Origin: an uncultured Acetobacteraceae bacterium
GTDB lineage: Bacteria > Pseudomonadota > Alphaproteobacteria > Acetobacterales > Acetobacteraceae
DNA length: 64,000 nucleotides
Assembly (NCBI GenBank): GCA_964250355.1
Contig: CAXUGD010000001.1
Span: 18,881 to 82,880, forward strand
Reading direction: 5' to 3'
Position numbers and translations under genes: made by a program. Positions 21,114 through 30,857 of this stretch are shown here, in pieces. Position 1 is the stretch's first letter. The number at the start of each line of letters is the position of its first letter. Below the pieces are notes generated by a model. That model searched no databases. It had not been told where the DNA came from and saw only the letters and a list, made by a program, of their open reading frames with translations.

Positions 21114-21228
21114 ATCGGTGATGAAATAAATATTACGCAAGCTTCTGTGGCGCTCGCCTGGCTATAAACAGCGCTGATTCTCACCCGCGGGTAGAAAAGC
21201 TTTTCGCCGGGAACGAAATAAAACGCGT

Positions 21229-21933
21229 TTATGGCTCGTCCGGGTATGCGATCTCATCGAGACCAACTTTATCGTGTATCAAAAGGCTACCGTATCTCAA
21301 CTCTAAATGCCCTTCAGTCTCCAACTGCTTCAACTCTCGATTGACGGCTTGCCTGGAGGCGCCTGCCGCTTCCGCCAACTCGTCCTGCGTCACGATCAGG
21401 TGCCACGGCGTTCCTGGTGCCATGTCGTCGTGCCGTGCTGGCCTCAAACCCAGCAACAGCCGCGCCATCCGAACCCGCAAGCGCTGAGTCACTATTGTGT
21501 CGGCGTGCGTCACCGCCTGCCTCAGCCGCTGCGCCAGAAGCCGGGCCAGGTCGCGCACCAGTTCCGGCGTTTCGCGCACCGCGGCTTCGAACGCCGCGCG
21601 GCCGATGAAAAGCAGGCGGGAGCGCTCATGCGCCACCGCATCGTGCGACCGCGATTCACCATCAAGAACCGATAGCTCGCCGAACCAACTGCCGGGGAGC
21701 AACTGAAGGTTTACCCTCTCGCGCCCGGACGCAGGATAGCTGATCAGCCGCACCTCTCCTTCCAGCACGGCATACAAGCCCGAGGGAGGATCGCCCAGCC
21801 GGAAGACGTGATGCGACGCCTCCACGTCTTGCGTGCGCGCAAGTGCCAGGAGCAGCTCGCGCCGCTCCTTCGGAACGGAGGCAAACCACTGGTCGTGGAG
21901 CAGGTCTTGCCCAACTGATGCTACGATCGTCAT
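21229..21933 (-). CDS. Crp/Fnr-family transcriptional regulator
   Basis: cNMP-like domain (WFGELSVLDGESRSHDA) plus HTH (TQDELAEAAGASRQAVNREL). Confidence 0.9.
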   Translation of the reverse strand: MTIVASVGQDLLHDQWFASVPKERRELLLALARTQDVEASHHVFRLGDPPSGLYAVLEGEVRLISYPASGRERVNLQLLPGSWFGELSVLDGESRSHDAVAHERSRLLFIGRAAFEAAVRETPELVRDLARLLAQRLRQAVTHADTIVTQRLRVRMARLLLGLRPARHDDMAPGTPWHLIVTQDELAEAAGASRQAVNRELKQLETEGHLELRYGSLLIHDKVGLDEIAYPDEP

Positions 21934-21963
21934 TATTGGCTCCGGAAATACCGTAGGGCACCC

Positions 21964-21979
21964 TGTCACCCCGGCGACA
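21964..21979. promoter_or_regulatory. Candidate Crp/Fnr-type operator TGTCA-N6-CGACA in the divergent crp/cupin promoter
   Basis: tgtca ccccgg cgaca. Confidence 0.55.
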
Positions 21980-22002
21980 TTCGCGGGGGCGCGGATCGTG
22001 TC

Positions 22003-22509
22003 ATGGTAGCTGCCATAGCGTGGGCCGCGCGCTCTCGCGAGGGACGAGTTCGTGAAGCTAGGGATGACGATGTGATCCAGCACAACGCTTTGCAGATCGG
22101 GGCAACGACGGTCGTCCTGCCGGACCGGATCGATTGGCGCGTTCCGGCCGGGGCGCCAGAGAGGTCGTACGAGCACGCGTTTCTGCAGGGTGGTCCGGAG
22201 ACGCCCGGCCCGTATTTCGCTATTATGAGATGGTACCCGGGTTTCATGAGTGCGCCGCACACCTACGCGTCAGACCGCTTCGCCTGCGTGCTGTCGGGTG
22301 TCTGGTGGGTCGGCGACGGCGAGCATTACGACCCGGCGAGCTGCCGTGCCGTGCCAAGCGGTGCCTACGTGCATCGTCCCGCCGGCACGCCTCATTATGA
22401 CGGCGTCGTGGCCAGCGCCGCCGAGCCCGCGGTCATCGCCGTGTTCGGGCTGGCGCCGCTCGATCTGCGCTTCACCGAATCGGGCGAGCCTGGACTGCGG
22501 CGGGCCTGA
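22003..22509 (+). CDS. Cupin-domain protein
   Basis: WYPGFMSAPHTY..VLSGVWWV..GTPHYDG; true start may be GTG 22072. Confidence 0.8.
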   Translation: MVAAIAWAARSREGRVREARDDDVIQHNALQIGATTVVLPDRIDWRVPAGAPERSYEHAFLQGGPETPGPYFAIMRWYPGFMSAPHTYASDRFACVLSGVWWVGDGEHYDPASCRAVPSGAYVHRPAGTPHYDGVVASAAEPAVIAVFGLAPLDLRFTESGEPGLRRA

Positions 22510-22681
22510 CGCTCTTCCCGATAATCGGTTCGCAAGGGGGTGCGGTCCAGGATGGCCACTCCGGCGGCGCGCGCTCTCTCGACCATAACCAACGCGTGGA
22601 TCCTCGACGGCGTGTTCATCCGGCGCTGGTCTCAGGTGGCGGTGGCGGCGCTCCTGACCTTGCACGTTCAGGAGTATCGCT

Positions 22682-22867
22682 ACGTTCCTCGCTCTAATTC
22701 TCAGCGGCGGTGCGTTCGCGCTGATCGCGTGGCTCGCATTCAACGTCTCCGTATTCGCCCTGCCGCTCTCCGTCGGGATTTCGGCCGCACGCTTCGCATA
22801 TACGACAGGCACGGGCGTCATCGGCGCGGGCATCGCCGGCCTGATCGCCGGCGGCGTCACAACGTGA
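22682..22867 (+). pseudogene. Truncated membrane protein resembling an alphaproteobacterial ICE/plasmid backbone hypothetical
   Basis: AGGAG RBS then ACG (mutated ATG) FLALILSGGAFALIAWLAFNVSVFALPLSVGISAARFAYTTGTGVIGAGIAGLIAGGVTT*; family recalled, not searched. Confidence 0.4.
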
Positions 22868-23094
22868 ACGCGAACTGGCCGAGGCCGAAGATTGGTTGGC
22901 ACAGCCGCTAGCCGGCGTGCGACTCCCGCGCCACGGACACCGTTGAGGCGCGCCGTCTCGAGGTCGCCGGCCGACATCTCATTCGGGCCCGCATCCGCGT
23001 CCGACTGCGCCATAGGCGCAATGTAGGAATCCATCCGGCTCAGCTCGTCTCGCGTCATGGCTTTTACCTTGGCCGGCTTCATGGCGAGGCTTGG

Positions 23095-23935
23095 ATGCAT
23101 GACCTTGAGCCTGTTCTCATCTTTGTCAGGGTCGCCGAAATGGGCAATTTCACTCGCGCGGCGGACAGCCTCAACATCCCAAAAGGCAAAGCATCCACTG
23201 CCGTTCGACGGCTGGAGGACGCCGTCGGTGTCCGGCTGCTGCACAGGACAACCCGCCGCGTAGAGATGACCGAAGACGGACGCGCGTTCCATGCGCGCGC
23301 CCGCGAGCTGTTGGCTGAGGTGGACAACCTGCAGGCCATGTTCGCAAGCGATCACGTCGCGCTGCGCGGCCGCCTGCGAGTCGATCTGCCGACCGAGCTG
23401 GCGCGATCGATAATCGTGCCGGCGCTGCCGGATTCATAACCGCTCATCCGGGGTTGGAGTTGAAGCTGTCGAGCACGGACCGGCAGGTGGACTTAGTTGT
23501 GGAAGGGCTCGACTGCGTACTGCGGCTCGGACCCGTGGGGGACGAGACGCTTATCAGCCGCGCGCTCGGCCGGATGCGCATGGTGAACGCGGCCAGCCCT
23601 TCATACCTGGCGCGCCATGGCATACCCCAATCGCTGGAAGACCTGCGGCGTCAAGAGCATCGCATGGTCCACTATAGCCGGACGCTGGGCGCGAGACCCT
23701 ACGGGTGGGAGTACCCGGATGGTCGGGGCGGGTATGCGGGCTCCCGCTACCCGGCGAACTGCAGGTCAACAGTGTATAGACCTACGAGGCCGCCGACATC
23801 GCCGGGGTTGGAATGATACAGGCGGCTCTCTCGGGGATACGCCACCATCTGGAAAGCGGATCGTTGATCGAGGTCCTGCCAAACTTTCGTCCTGAGCCGC
23901 TCCAAGCGTCGCTCGTGGTCGCTCATCGCTGGAAT
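23095..23935 (+). pseudogene. LysR-family regulator with two frameshifts, an internal stop and a truncated 3' end
   Basis: FVRVAEMGNFTRAA..LLHRTTRRV; shifts near 23435 and 23740; in-frame TAG near 23776. Confidence 0.85.
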
Positions 23936-23970
23936 CGTATCAGTTCATGCTCGCATTTATGCCAATAGCT

Positions 23971-24051
23971 TGGTGCGGGTGGTTGGGATCGAACCGACAG
24001 TTTCTGCGGGAACGAATTTCAAATTCGGCGCGTCAACCAGTCCCACCACAT
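23971..24051 (-). tRNA. Degenerate tRNA-Leu(CAA)-like remnant (pseudo-tRNA, possible att scar)
   Basis: Minus strand tgtggtgggactggttgacgcgccgaatttgaaattcgttcccgcagaaactgtcggttcgatcccaaccacccgcacca shows D-arm, long variable arm, GTTCGA and CCA end, but the 5' acceptor strand does not pair. Confidence 0.65.
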
Positions 24052-24312
24052 TAGGCCGTCTTTCGGCAGCTCCCAAGGCGCATTCGTTTGGCTTTTCGGC
24101 GTGTCGGGGCGTAACCGGTAATCGCGACATAGAATGGGCACAGGACTACGCTAAGCTGTGACGGAAAACCTGATGACCGATATTTCCGCACGATCAAGCG
24201 ATCCGACATGGTTGCCCCCCCATGCTCGAAGGCGCACAACCGCTCCGCAAGCAAAAGCATCGCGGACCGTCACGGCAATGCAAGTGTTTGCCGATACGCC
24301 GCTAAACTACGC

Positions 24313-24699
24313 TCACGCTGGTTCCGCGAAGAACCGGTTCATGCCGGGCACGTCGGAAAGGTAGGTCTCGATTTCCGCGATTCGGCCGTCACGCAGCCGG
24401 CACACCGTTGCGAGGTGCTCGTCGAGCCGCAGGCCGTCCCGTTCGGCAGTGTTGTGCAACGCCAACGCCATATTGTCGCGGCTGAGCAGGAGGTGCTCAA
24501 GTTCGAAGGACAGGCCATACCCTGCGATAAGCCGGGCGCGCTCCACTACGGCGTCCCGTCCGACCGCCGTACCCGATATTAGATTGTCGCCGGGAAGCGT
24601 CCAAGTCGCGTCATCATGAAGAAGGTCGCGTAGGCCCGCCCAATCGGCCGAAGTCAGGGTCGAATGAAAGCGGCGCGCCAGTTCCTCTGCGGTCATCAT
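24313..24699 (-). CDS. NTF2/SnoaL-like protein
   Basis: DDATWTLPGDNLISG..IAEIETYLSDV; AAGGAG RBS. Confidence 0.8.
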   Translation of the reverse strand: MMTAEELARRFHSTLTSADWAGLRDLLHDDATWTLPGDNLISGTAVGRDAVVERARLIAGYGLSFELEHLLLSRDNMALALHNTAERDGLRLDEHLATVCRLRDGRIAEIETYLSDVPGMNRFFAEPA

Positions 24700-24986
24700 C
24701 GTTCTCCTTGATGCAAACAGCGCTGTTCCACCGGGTCCGAGACGTGACAAGATCGCCCTGGACGTCGGCGTGCGCCGAAGAGGGGCGCACGCCGGTGATG
24801 CGCGATGTGACATTATTGGTGGCGTTTGCGGTTACCCTTTTTCTGGCTGGCGACGAACGGGCAAGACGAGCCACATCTGCCTAGCTCGTTCGCCGATCCG
24901 AGCTGTTCGATTCACAGTGCTTCCCCATCCTGGTGCTCCGGCTCCTCATGGGCGCCGGCAGTCGATCCTCGCACAGGCTCGCGCGA

Positions 24987-25988
24987 TCATGTGTCGAGCA
25001 GCCCGGGCACGAACACCTCCTCGACGGTGAAGCGGCGGCCGGTGAGCCCCTGTTCGTGGTGGTAGCGCAGCACCGCGTCGATCGCGGCGCGGTTGGCGGC
25101 GATACCGTACGGCCACCAATCCTCGCCGAGCACCGCCCGGTCGTCCCCCACCAGCTTGGTGAACCATGGCAGCATCACGTTCATGTTGTTGAAGGTCATG
25201 CCCTTCACGTAGCGCTCCACCGCCTGCTGCTTGGCGTCGCAGAACGCCTGATAGACCGCCTTGACGATGTCGGGCTGCTGCTCCGCCAAGTCGCGCTTCA
25301 CCACCACCGTATGCATGATCGGGAAGATGCCGGTGCGCCGAAAATAGTCCTTCTCGACCGGCACATAGTCGTCGAACAGGCGGCCGACCCGTGGCGAACC
25401 CTCCAGCACGAACCGGGGGATGTCGGCGGAGATGAGCGCGTCGATCTCCCCGCGATCGAGCATCTGGCCGAGGTCGACGTCCTTGCCCGCCCACTCGACC
25501 TCGACGCCGTCCGGCACCGGATGGGCGACGTAATCGACGGGCTCGATCGGGAAGTCGATACCGCCCACGATCCAGCGGTTGCGTTCCGGCCTGAACCCGT
25601 AGTCGTCGGCCAATATGCCCTTCGGCATCACCCCTGCGTCGTGTCCGTACAGCGCGAGTTCGCCGATGCGCTTGCCGACCAGGTCCTCGGGCCGTTCGAT
25701 GCCGCTGGCCTTGTTGACGTAGATGGCACCGTGGCGAAATGCCCGGTTGGGGAAGACGGGTATCGCGACGAACGGCGATGGTCCGTCGGCGAAGGTGCGC
25801 AAGTAATAGGTCCAGCCCAGCTCCGAGACGTCGAACGCATGTCGGCGGATCATCGGCTCGAAAATCTCCGTCACGATCCGCGCGGTGTGAAAGGTCGGAT
25901 CGACGCCTTTGATCTTCACGGTCCCGTCCGCCAGCGCGCTCGTGCGGTCGTACTCGGCAAAGGCGATGTCGAGTTTGCGGTCGGCCAT
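24987..25988 (-). CDS. 4,5-dihydroxyphthalate decarboxylase-like protein (periplasmic-binding-protein fold)
   Basis: YDRT..FDVSE..IPVFPNRAFRH..TGIFPIMH..WPYGI..HHEQGL. Confidence 0.8.
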   Translation of the reverse strand: MADRKLDIAFAEYDRTSALADGTVKIKGVDPTFHTARIVTEIFEPMIRRHAFDVSELGWTYYLRTFADGPSPFVAIPVFPNRAFRHGAIYVNKASGIERPEDLVGKRIGELALYGHDAGVMPKGILADDYGFRPERNRWIVGGIDFPIEPVDYVAHPVPDGVEVEWAGKDVDLGQMLDRGEIDALISADIPRFVLEGSPRVGRLFDDYVPVEKDYFRRTGIFPIMHTVVVKRDLAEQQPDIVKAVYQAFCDAKQQAVERYVKGMTFNNMNVMLPWFTKLVGDDRAVLGEDWWPYGIAANRAAIDAVLRYHHEQGLTGRRFTVEEVFVPGLLDT

Positions 25989-26077
25989 CAGATCACTCCT
26001 CCAATCGCATAAACACATTTATGTAATTGGGGTTCCCGACTGCTCGCGATATCGACGCTGAGCGGCTAGGCAAAGCT

Positions 26078-26602
26078 ATGGGTGCCGACCGCCGCGAGAT
26101 CACCAACCTGTTTGAGACTGCGTCGCTGGGTGCGCCGCAGCACGCAGTGGGATTCGTGCTGTGGCGGGTCGTGCACCGCTATCAGCGCGAAATCGATAAG
26201 GCGCTTAGGTCTCTCGGGCTCACCCACCTGCAGTTCACCATCCTGGCGCTCGCCGCCTGGTCGCAGCGGAACGGCGAGACCGCGACGCAATCCCGGCTCG
26301 CCGCGATCGGAGAGATTCACCCGATGCAGGTCTCCAAGGTCGTGAAGACGCTGGACGCGAAGGGGCTGGTGGCGCGGACGCCCTCGCCCGGCAACGCGCT
26401 CGCCAAGCAGGTGGTGATCACGACGGCGGGGCTGGAGGCCCTACGCGCCGCGCTGCCGCTGGGCATCGCGATCCAAGCGCGGCTGTTCGGCGCCGAAGGT
26501 CGCCCGGGCGGGAGCCTCCTTGCTACGCTCGTCGCCATCGAGCGCGACGGGCGAGCGAGCGCCGATCCTGACATGTCGAGCGCTGAGGACGACCATGAGT
26601 GA
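26078..26602 (+). CDS. MarR-family regulator
   Basis: GLTHLQF..IHPMQVSKVVKTLDAKGLVAR winged helix. Confidence 0.85.
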   Translation: MGADRREITNLFETASLGAPQHAVGFVLWRVVHRYQREIDKALRSLGLTHLQFTILALAAWSQRNGETATQSRLAAIGEIHPMQVSKVVKTLDAKGLVARTPSPGNALAKQVVITTAGLEALRAALPLGIAIQARLFGAEGRPGGSLLATLVAIERDGRASADPDMSSAEDDHE

Positions 26603-26906
26603 TAGCATCCGTGACGCCGTGATTTGTGACGGGCCCGCGATGACGTTGGCGCTTGGCCCCCGACATTCGGCATGCGACCTGGATGGCAGCGTTCCCCGGC
26701 GTGAACGCTCGCCTTATCGAGCTTGAGATTGCGGACGCCTGCCCTCAGATACGTTGGATGCTGAATAGCGTGCAGTCTACGTCTATATCGGGCATACCTG
26801 AGCATTCGGTGTCGAGGCTTTGCGCCGTTTCTCGCTTGTCTCTTGCTCGTAAATGCGTCGGTATGCATCTCTGCTGGGACTGGATTCCTGATCTTGGTCT
26901 TGCCGG

Positions 26907-27907
26907 TCATTGGTTGCATGCGAATGGCTTCGCCGTCGGCGGGCGCTCGGCCGCTTCTGGGCGGAACGGCGCGCCAGCTGCAGGCGTCCGGGTCGCGCGA
27001 AGGTCAGCCTCGGCGTCTTCAATGTGGCTAACGCGTCCAAGCGACTTCTCGAATGCCGCACGCCCGGGGCCGGCGAGCCAGACGGGGAACGGGAGGAGGT
27101 CCGGGTCAAGCTCCCGCATCAGCGCCAGATCAACGTGGTCGGCGAGCGGGCCTGCGTCGATGCTTCGGGACATGTGCGCAAGGTCGGGCTTCGCCGCGAG
27201 AACCTCAGCCGGGAACCGCGCATAGGCGATGGGGCGGCCGGCCGCGCGGCTGAACGCCTTCGCCAGATCGGTGCCGGTGACCGTGTCGCTCGCGAGCTTC
27301 ACGGTCGCATCGGCGAAACGCGTCCGGTCGCCGAAGATCGCGCCGACGAGCTTGCCGATGTCATCGACGGCCACGAGCTGCATCGACTGGTCGGGTCGCA
27401 GGAAGAAGACGAACTTTCCCTTGTCGAGGCCGTAATCGGGCTGGACCAACGTTTCCATGAAGACCATCGGCCGGACGATCGTCGCCCCGATCCCGAGACC
27501 GCGGACATGCGCCTCGATCCGCGGCTTGGCGTCGAACCGTGCAACGCCGGTGGGTATCTCGCCGACGCTCGCGCCCGACGAATAGACGAGGTGCTCGACT
27601 CCGGCTGCGACGGCCGCATCGGCGATGCTCGTGCCGTGCCGGACCTCATCGTGCTCGGGCAGGCCGTTGGGCAGCACGCTGTAAACGCCGTGAACGCCCG
27701 CCATGGCTCGGCGAATGGCTTCCGGATCGTCGAACGACCCCTCGAAGACTTCCACGCCGGCATTCGCCAGGGCGATCGCGGCAAAAACGGACGCATCCCG
27801 CACGAAGGCGCGAACGGGCCCTCCGCATCGAGCTACGCCCTGGTGACGGAGCCGCCCTGGCGGCCCGTGGCGCCGAAGACGAGGATCGGCTGTCGGTGCT
27901 CGCTCAC
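26907..27907 (-). pseudogene. NmrA-family NAD(P)-binding protein with 5' stop and frameshift
   Basis: ILVFGATGRQGGSVTRA* near 27835, then a shifted frame continues (HLVYSS..FDAKPRIE..TIVRPMVFME); 3' end uncertain. Confidence 0.75.
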
Positions 27908-28122
27908 GATCGCCTTCCAAACTATCGTCCGACCATCGTATAGAAAAAGATGGTGTGGAAGACGGCAGGGCGGTACCGTCAACGACAATCATCCGACCTG
28001 CTTCGTCGAGGAATACGACCAAATTGGTGTCCGCGTCGAACGAAGTCGATGACAGGCGCTCGGCTACAGCCGGGGCTCGCCGTCGGCATGGCCAAGGCGT
28101 GGCCCGCATCTGAGGAGGTCGG

Positions 28123-28779
28123 TCAGGACTGGACGACGCAAGTGAGACCGCGGATGAATTGGGAAACGCGCCCGGCGACCAATCGCGGCCTGTCCTCCAT
28201 CGTCGGTAGCCGCCAGACATGCTTGCGGATCAGGTCATAGATGAACGACCCCTGCAGGTCCCAGGCGCGTTCGCGCAGATCGGTATCCGCTATGGTAAGC
28301 GCAGTGCCGAATTCGGCCCCGACTTCCGAGACTAGGACCTGGATTATTCGCTCGACCCGCTGGGAAACGTAGCGGCGGGTAAGGTCGTTGTCCGCGAGTC
28401 CGGACTGCAGCACGATCCTGATCCAGATCGGCTCGTCGATGGCGTCGAGATAACTGTTGTAATACGTCTCAAGGCGCTCTGACAGCGGGTGCGTCCGATC
28501 TTCGAGATCGGCTAGCCAGGTGTCCGACCATCGGGACAGGTAGACCTCGTCGTACACGCGTTCGAGCAGCGCTCCCTTACTGCCGAAATAGGTGAAGACG
28601 AGCGCCTGGGACACGCCGACCGCCCGGGCAAGGTCGCGGATCTGACCGTCAAACCCGTTCTCGGCGAAGAAGGTGACCGCCCCTTCCAGGATCATGCGCG
28701 CGCGCGCCTCCGGCGCGAGCCGCCGCCGAGGTGACGGCCTCTCGGCTGGCGCGGCGTCCCGCGTGGTCGGCGCATGCAT
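28123..28779 (-). CDS. TetR-family regulator
   Basis: FFAENGF..DLARAVGVSQALVFTYFGSK. Confidence 0.9.
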   Translation of the reverse strand: MHAPTTRDAAPAERPSPRRRLAPEARARMILEGAVTFFAENGFDGQIRDLARAVGVSQALVFTYFGSKGALLERVYDEVYLSRWSDTWLADLEDRTHPLSERLETYYNSYLDAIDEPIWIRIVLQSGLADNDLTRRYVSQRVERIIQVLVSEVGAEFGTALTIADTDLRERAWDLQGSFIYDLIRKHVWRLPTMEDRPRLVAGRVSQFIRGLTCVVQS

Positions 28780-28815
28780 CTTCTCTATCCGATTCCCAGG
28801 CACCACGCCACACCT

Positions 28816-28835
28816 TATTGAGCTGCGGGTCAATA
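28816..28835. promoter_or_regulatory. Candidate TetR operator TATTGA-N8-TCAATA
   Basis: Perfect 6-bp inverted repeat in the divergent promoter between tetR and the CMD gene. Confidence 0.5.
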
Positions 28836-28930
28836 GCCTTGATCAGACGCGCCAATGCTATTATAATTGTGCTCAGCAACAAGCACGCGGCGGCGTGCGG
28901 CGGACATCCGGTTTCGAGGAGCAGGCGACC

Positions 28931-29524
28931 ATGGAAGCTTTCGAAGACCATCTCGGCGGGCGTCTTCCGCTCCTCGATCCCGGAGCGCTGGGAGGAGACC
29001 AGAAGCAGCTCTACGACCAGATGAAGTCGACGCTGGTCACCTGGGCGCGAGCCAACGGGTTCCAGGGCGAGACGTTCGACGGCAAGCTGATCGGGCCGTT
29101 CAATCCCTTCCTGCGCAGCGTGGGCGTCACGCCCGGGTTCCTCCAGTGGATGCGGGCGGATTCCGAGCACACCAGCCTGAGCAAGCGGGTACATGAGGTC
29201 GTGATTCTCACCGTCGGCGCGATCTGGAAAGCTCCGTACGAGCTCTATTCCCATTCGGCGGTGGCGCGGAAGATCGGCCTGAACCAGGACGCGATCGCGG
29301 CTCTCGCGGCGGGTGAAGACCCGGTCGGCCTGTCGCACGACGAGGCGACCGCGCATCGCGTGGCCAGGCAGCTGACCGCCGAGCGTCGGCTCGATGCGCC
29401 GCTCTACAAGGAGGCGCTCGCGGCTTTCGGAGAAGTCGGCCTGGTGGATCTCGTCTACCTGGTCGGCATGTACCTGATGACCTGCGCCATGCTGAACGCG
29501 TTCGAGGTACCGGCCCCAAATTGA
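28931..29524 (+). CDS. Carboxymuconolactone decarboxylase/AhpD-like protein
   Basis: GRLPLLDP..LIGPFN..EVVIL..YELYSH. Confidence 0.8.
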   Translation: MEAFEDHLGGRLPLLDPGALGGDQKQLYDQMKSTLVTWARANGFQGETFDGKLIGPFNPFLRSVGVTPGFLQWMRADSEHTSLSKRVHEVVILTVGAIWKAPYELYSHSAVARKIGLNQDAIAALAAGEDPVGLSHDEATAHRVARQLTAERRLDAPLYKEALAAFGEVGLVDLVYLVGMYLMTCAMLNAFEVPAPN

Positions 29525-29651
29525 ACTTTGTGCGGGACGTTCCTGTCCGCGGGCGCGCAGGCACGGTCGCGGGTCTGCTCGCCCGATCCGAACGGGGACC
29601 GTGCCGACCTGTTCCCTCTGTCCTAATCTGAACAACGCAAGGATCACTCCC

Positions 29652-30494
29652 ATGGCAGCGCCCGTCATCTTCGAGCACGTTTCACTGGGCCTCATGGGTC
29701 CCGTACCGCACACGACGACTGAGGCTATGTCGATCCACTGCGTGATCGTTTATCTTGGTGAGCGGGTCATCCTCCTGGATACGGGGTTCGGGACGCGAGA
29801 GATGGCCGATCCCAACCGGCTCCTCGGGTTCGATTCGCTCTTCAAGCTGGGGATCGTCTCCGATCTCCGGATGACGGCCACCCACCGACTCCAGGCGCGC
29901 GGCATCCATCCCGATCAGGTGACGGACATCGTTCTCACCCACATGGACAACGATCATGCCGGCGGCCTGCACGATTTCCCCAATGCCACAGTGCACGTAT
30001 CGGCGGAGGAGTTGGACAGCTATGAGAGCATCCAGCCTCGCGGCCCATACAAGCCCTATCAGATCTCTCACCTGACCCGGTTCGAGACCTACGCGTCCAC
30101 AGGCGAGACCTGGTTCGGGCTGGAGGCGCGCAGCCTGCCGCTCCCGGCGGACCTGGAGGCGAAGCTGATCCCGCTGTTCGGCCATACGCTCGGCCACTGC
30201 GGCATCGCCTACAAGGAAGACGGGAAATGGGCGCTTCACGCCGGCGACGCATATTTCGACGCCCGGGTGAACTTCTTGGAGCAGGCCCCCGCCCTGCCGA
30301 TTGAGGCGGCCTTCCAGGCGAGTTCCACCCAGCGGCAGGACAGCCTCCGCAAGCTTCGAGCCCTGAAGGAGGAGCATGGGGACGAGGTGGATGTGTTCTG
30401 CACCCATGACGAGCGGGAGTTCCTGGACCGGACCGGGGGCCGTGGTGCGCCGGACGAGGTCGTCGACCGCCTGCTCCTTCAACCGCGCGCGTGA
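29652..30494 (+). CDS. MBL-fold metallo-hydrolase
   Basis: LDTGFG, THMDNDHAGG, GHTLGH, AGDAY, CTHD. Confidence 0.88.
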   Translation: MAAPVIFEHVSLGLMGPVPHTTTEAMSIHCVIVYLGERVILLDTGFGTREMADPNRLLGFDSLFKLGIVSDLRMTATHRLQARGIHPDQVTDIVLTHMDNDHAGGLHDFPNATVHVSAEELDSYESIQPRGPYKPYQISHLTRFETYASTGETWFGLEARSLPLPADLEAKLIPLFGHTLGHCGIAYKEDGKWALHAGDAYFDARVNFLEQAPALPIEAAFQASSTQRQDSLRKLRALKEEHGDEVDVFCTHDEREFLDRTGGRGAPDEVVDRLLLQPRA

Positions 30495-30517
30495 ACAGAA
30501 ACCTTGCGGAGGTTCCC

Positions 30518-30817
30518 ATGATCCAGGAAGTCACGCAACTGACGGTCGATCCGTCGCGATTAGCGGCCTTTGAGGCTGCCGTGGCCTCCTGCCGCCAGCT
30601 CTTCTTCGAGGCGGAGGGTTGCCGGGCGATGCGGCTGGATCGCGTGCTGGAGAACGCTGGCCGGTATCAGCTACGCATCGATTGGGAGACGCGCGAAGAT
30701 CACGTCGTCACCTTCCGCCAGTCGCCGGCCTATGCGGTCTGGCGGTCGCGCGTCGGTCCGTTCTTCACGGCCGAGCCCGTCGTCTCGCATACCGAACTCG
30801 TCACCCAGTACTTCTGA
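30518..30817 (+). CDS. Antibiotic biosynthesis monooxygenase (ABM) family protein
   Basis: WETREDHVVTFRQSP..W..VGPFF. Confidence 0.85.
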   Translation: MIQEVTQLTVDPSRLAAFEAAVASCRQLFFEAEGCRAMRLDRVLENAGRYQLRIDWETREDHVVTFRQSPAYAVWRSRVGPFFTAEPVVSHTELVTQYF

Positions 30818-30857
30818 ACGCCAGCTCGATCCGTCGAAACATCGAAAGCAGCAAATA

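Noticed and set aside
23971-24056. Functional tRNA-Ser(TGA)
   Set aside because: Acceptor stem unpaired, T-stem mismatched, and body is Leu-like
26603-26906. Lower-GC stretch with short ORFs on both strands
   Set aside because: No recognisable product; probably decayed sequence
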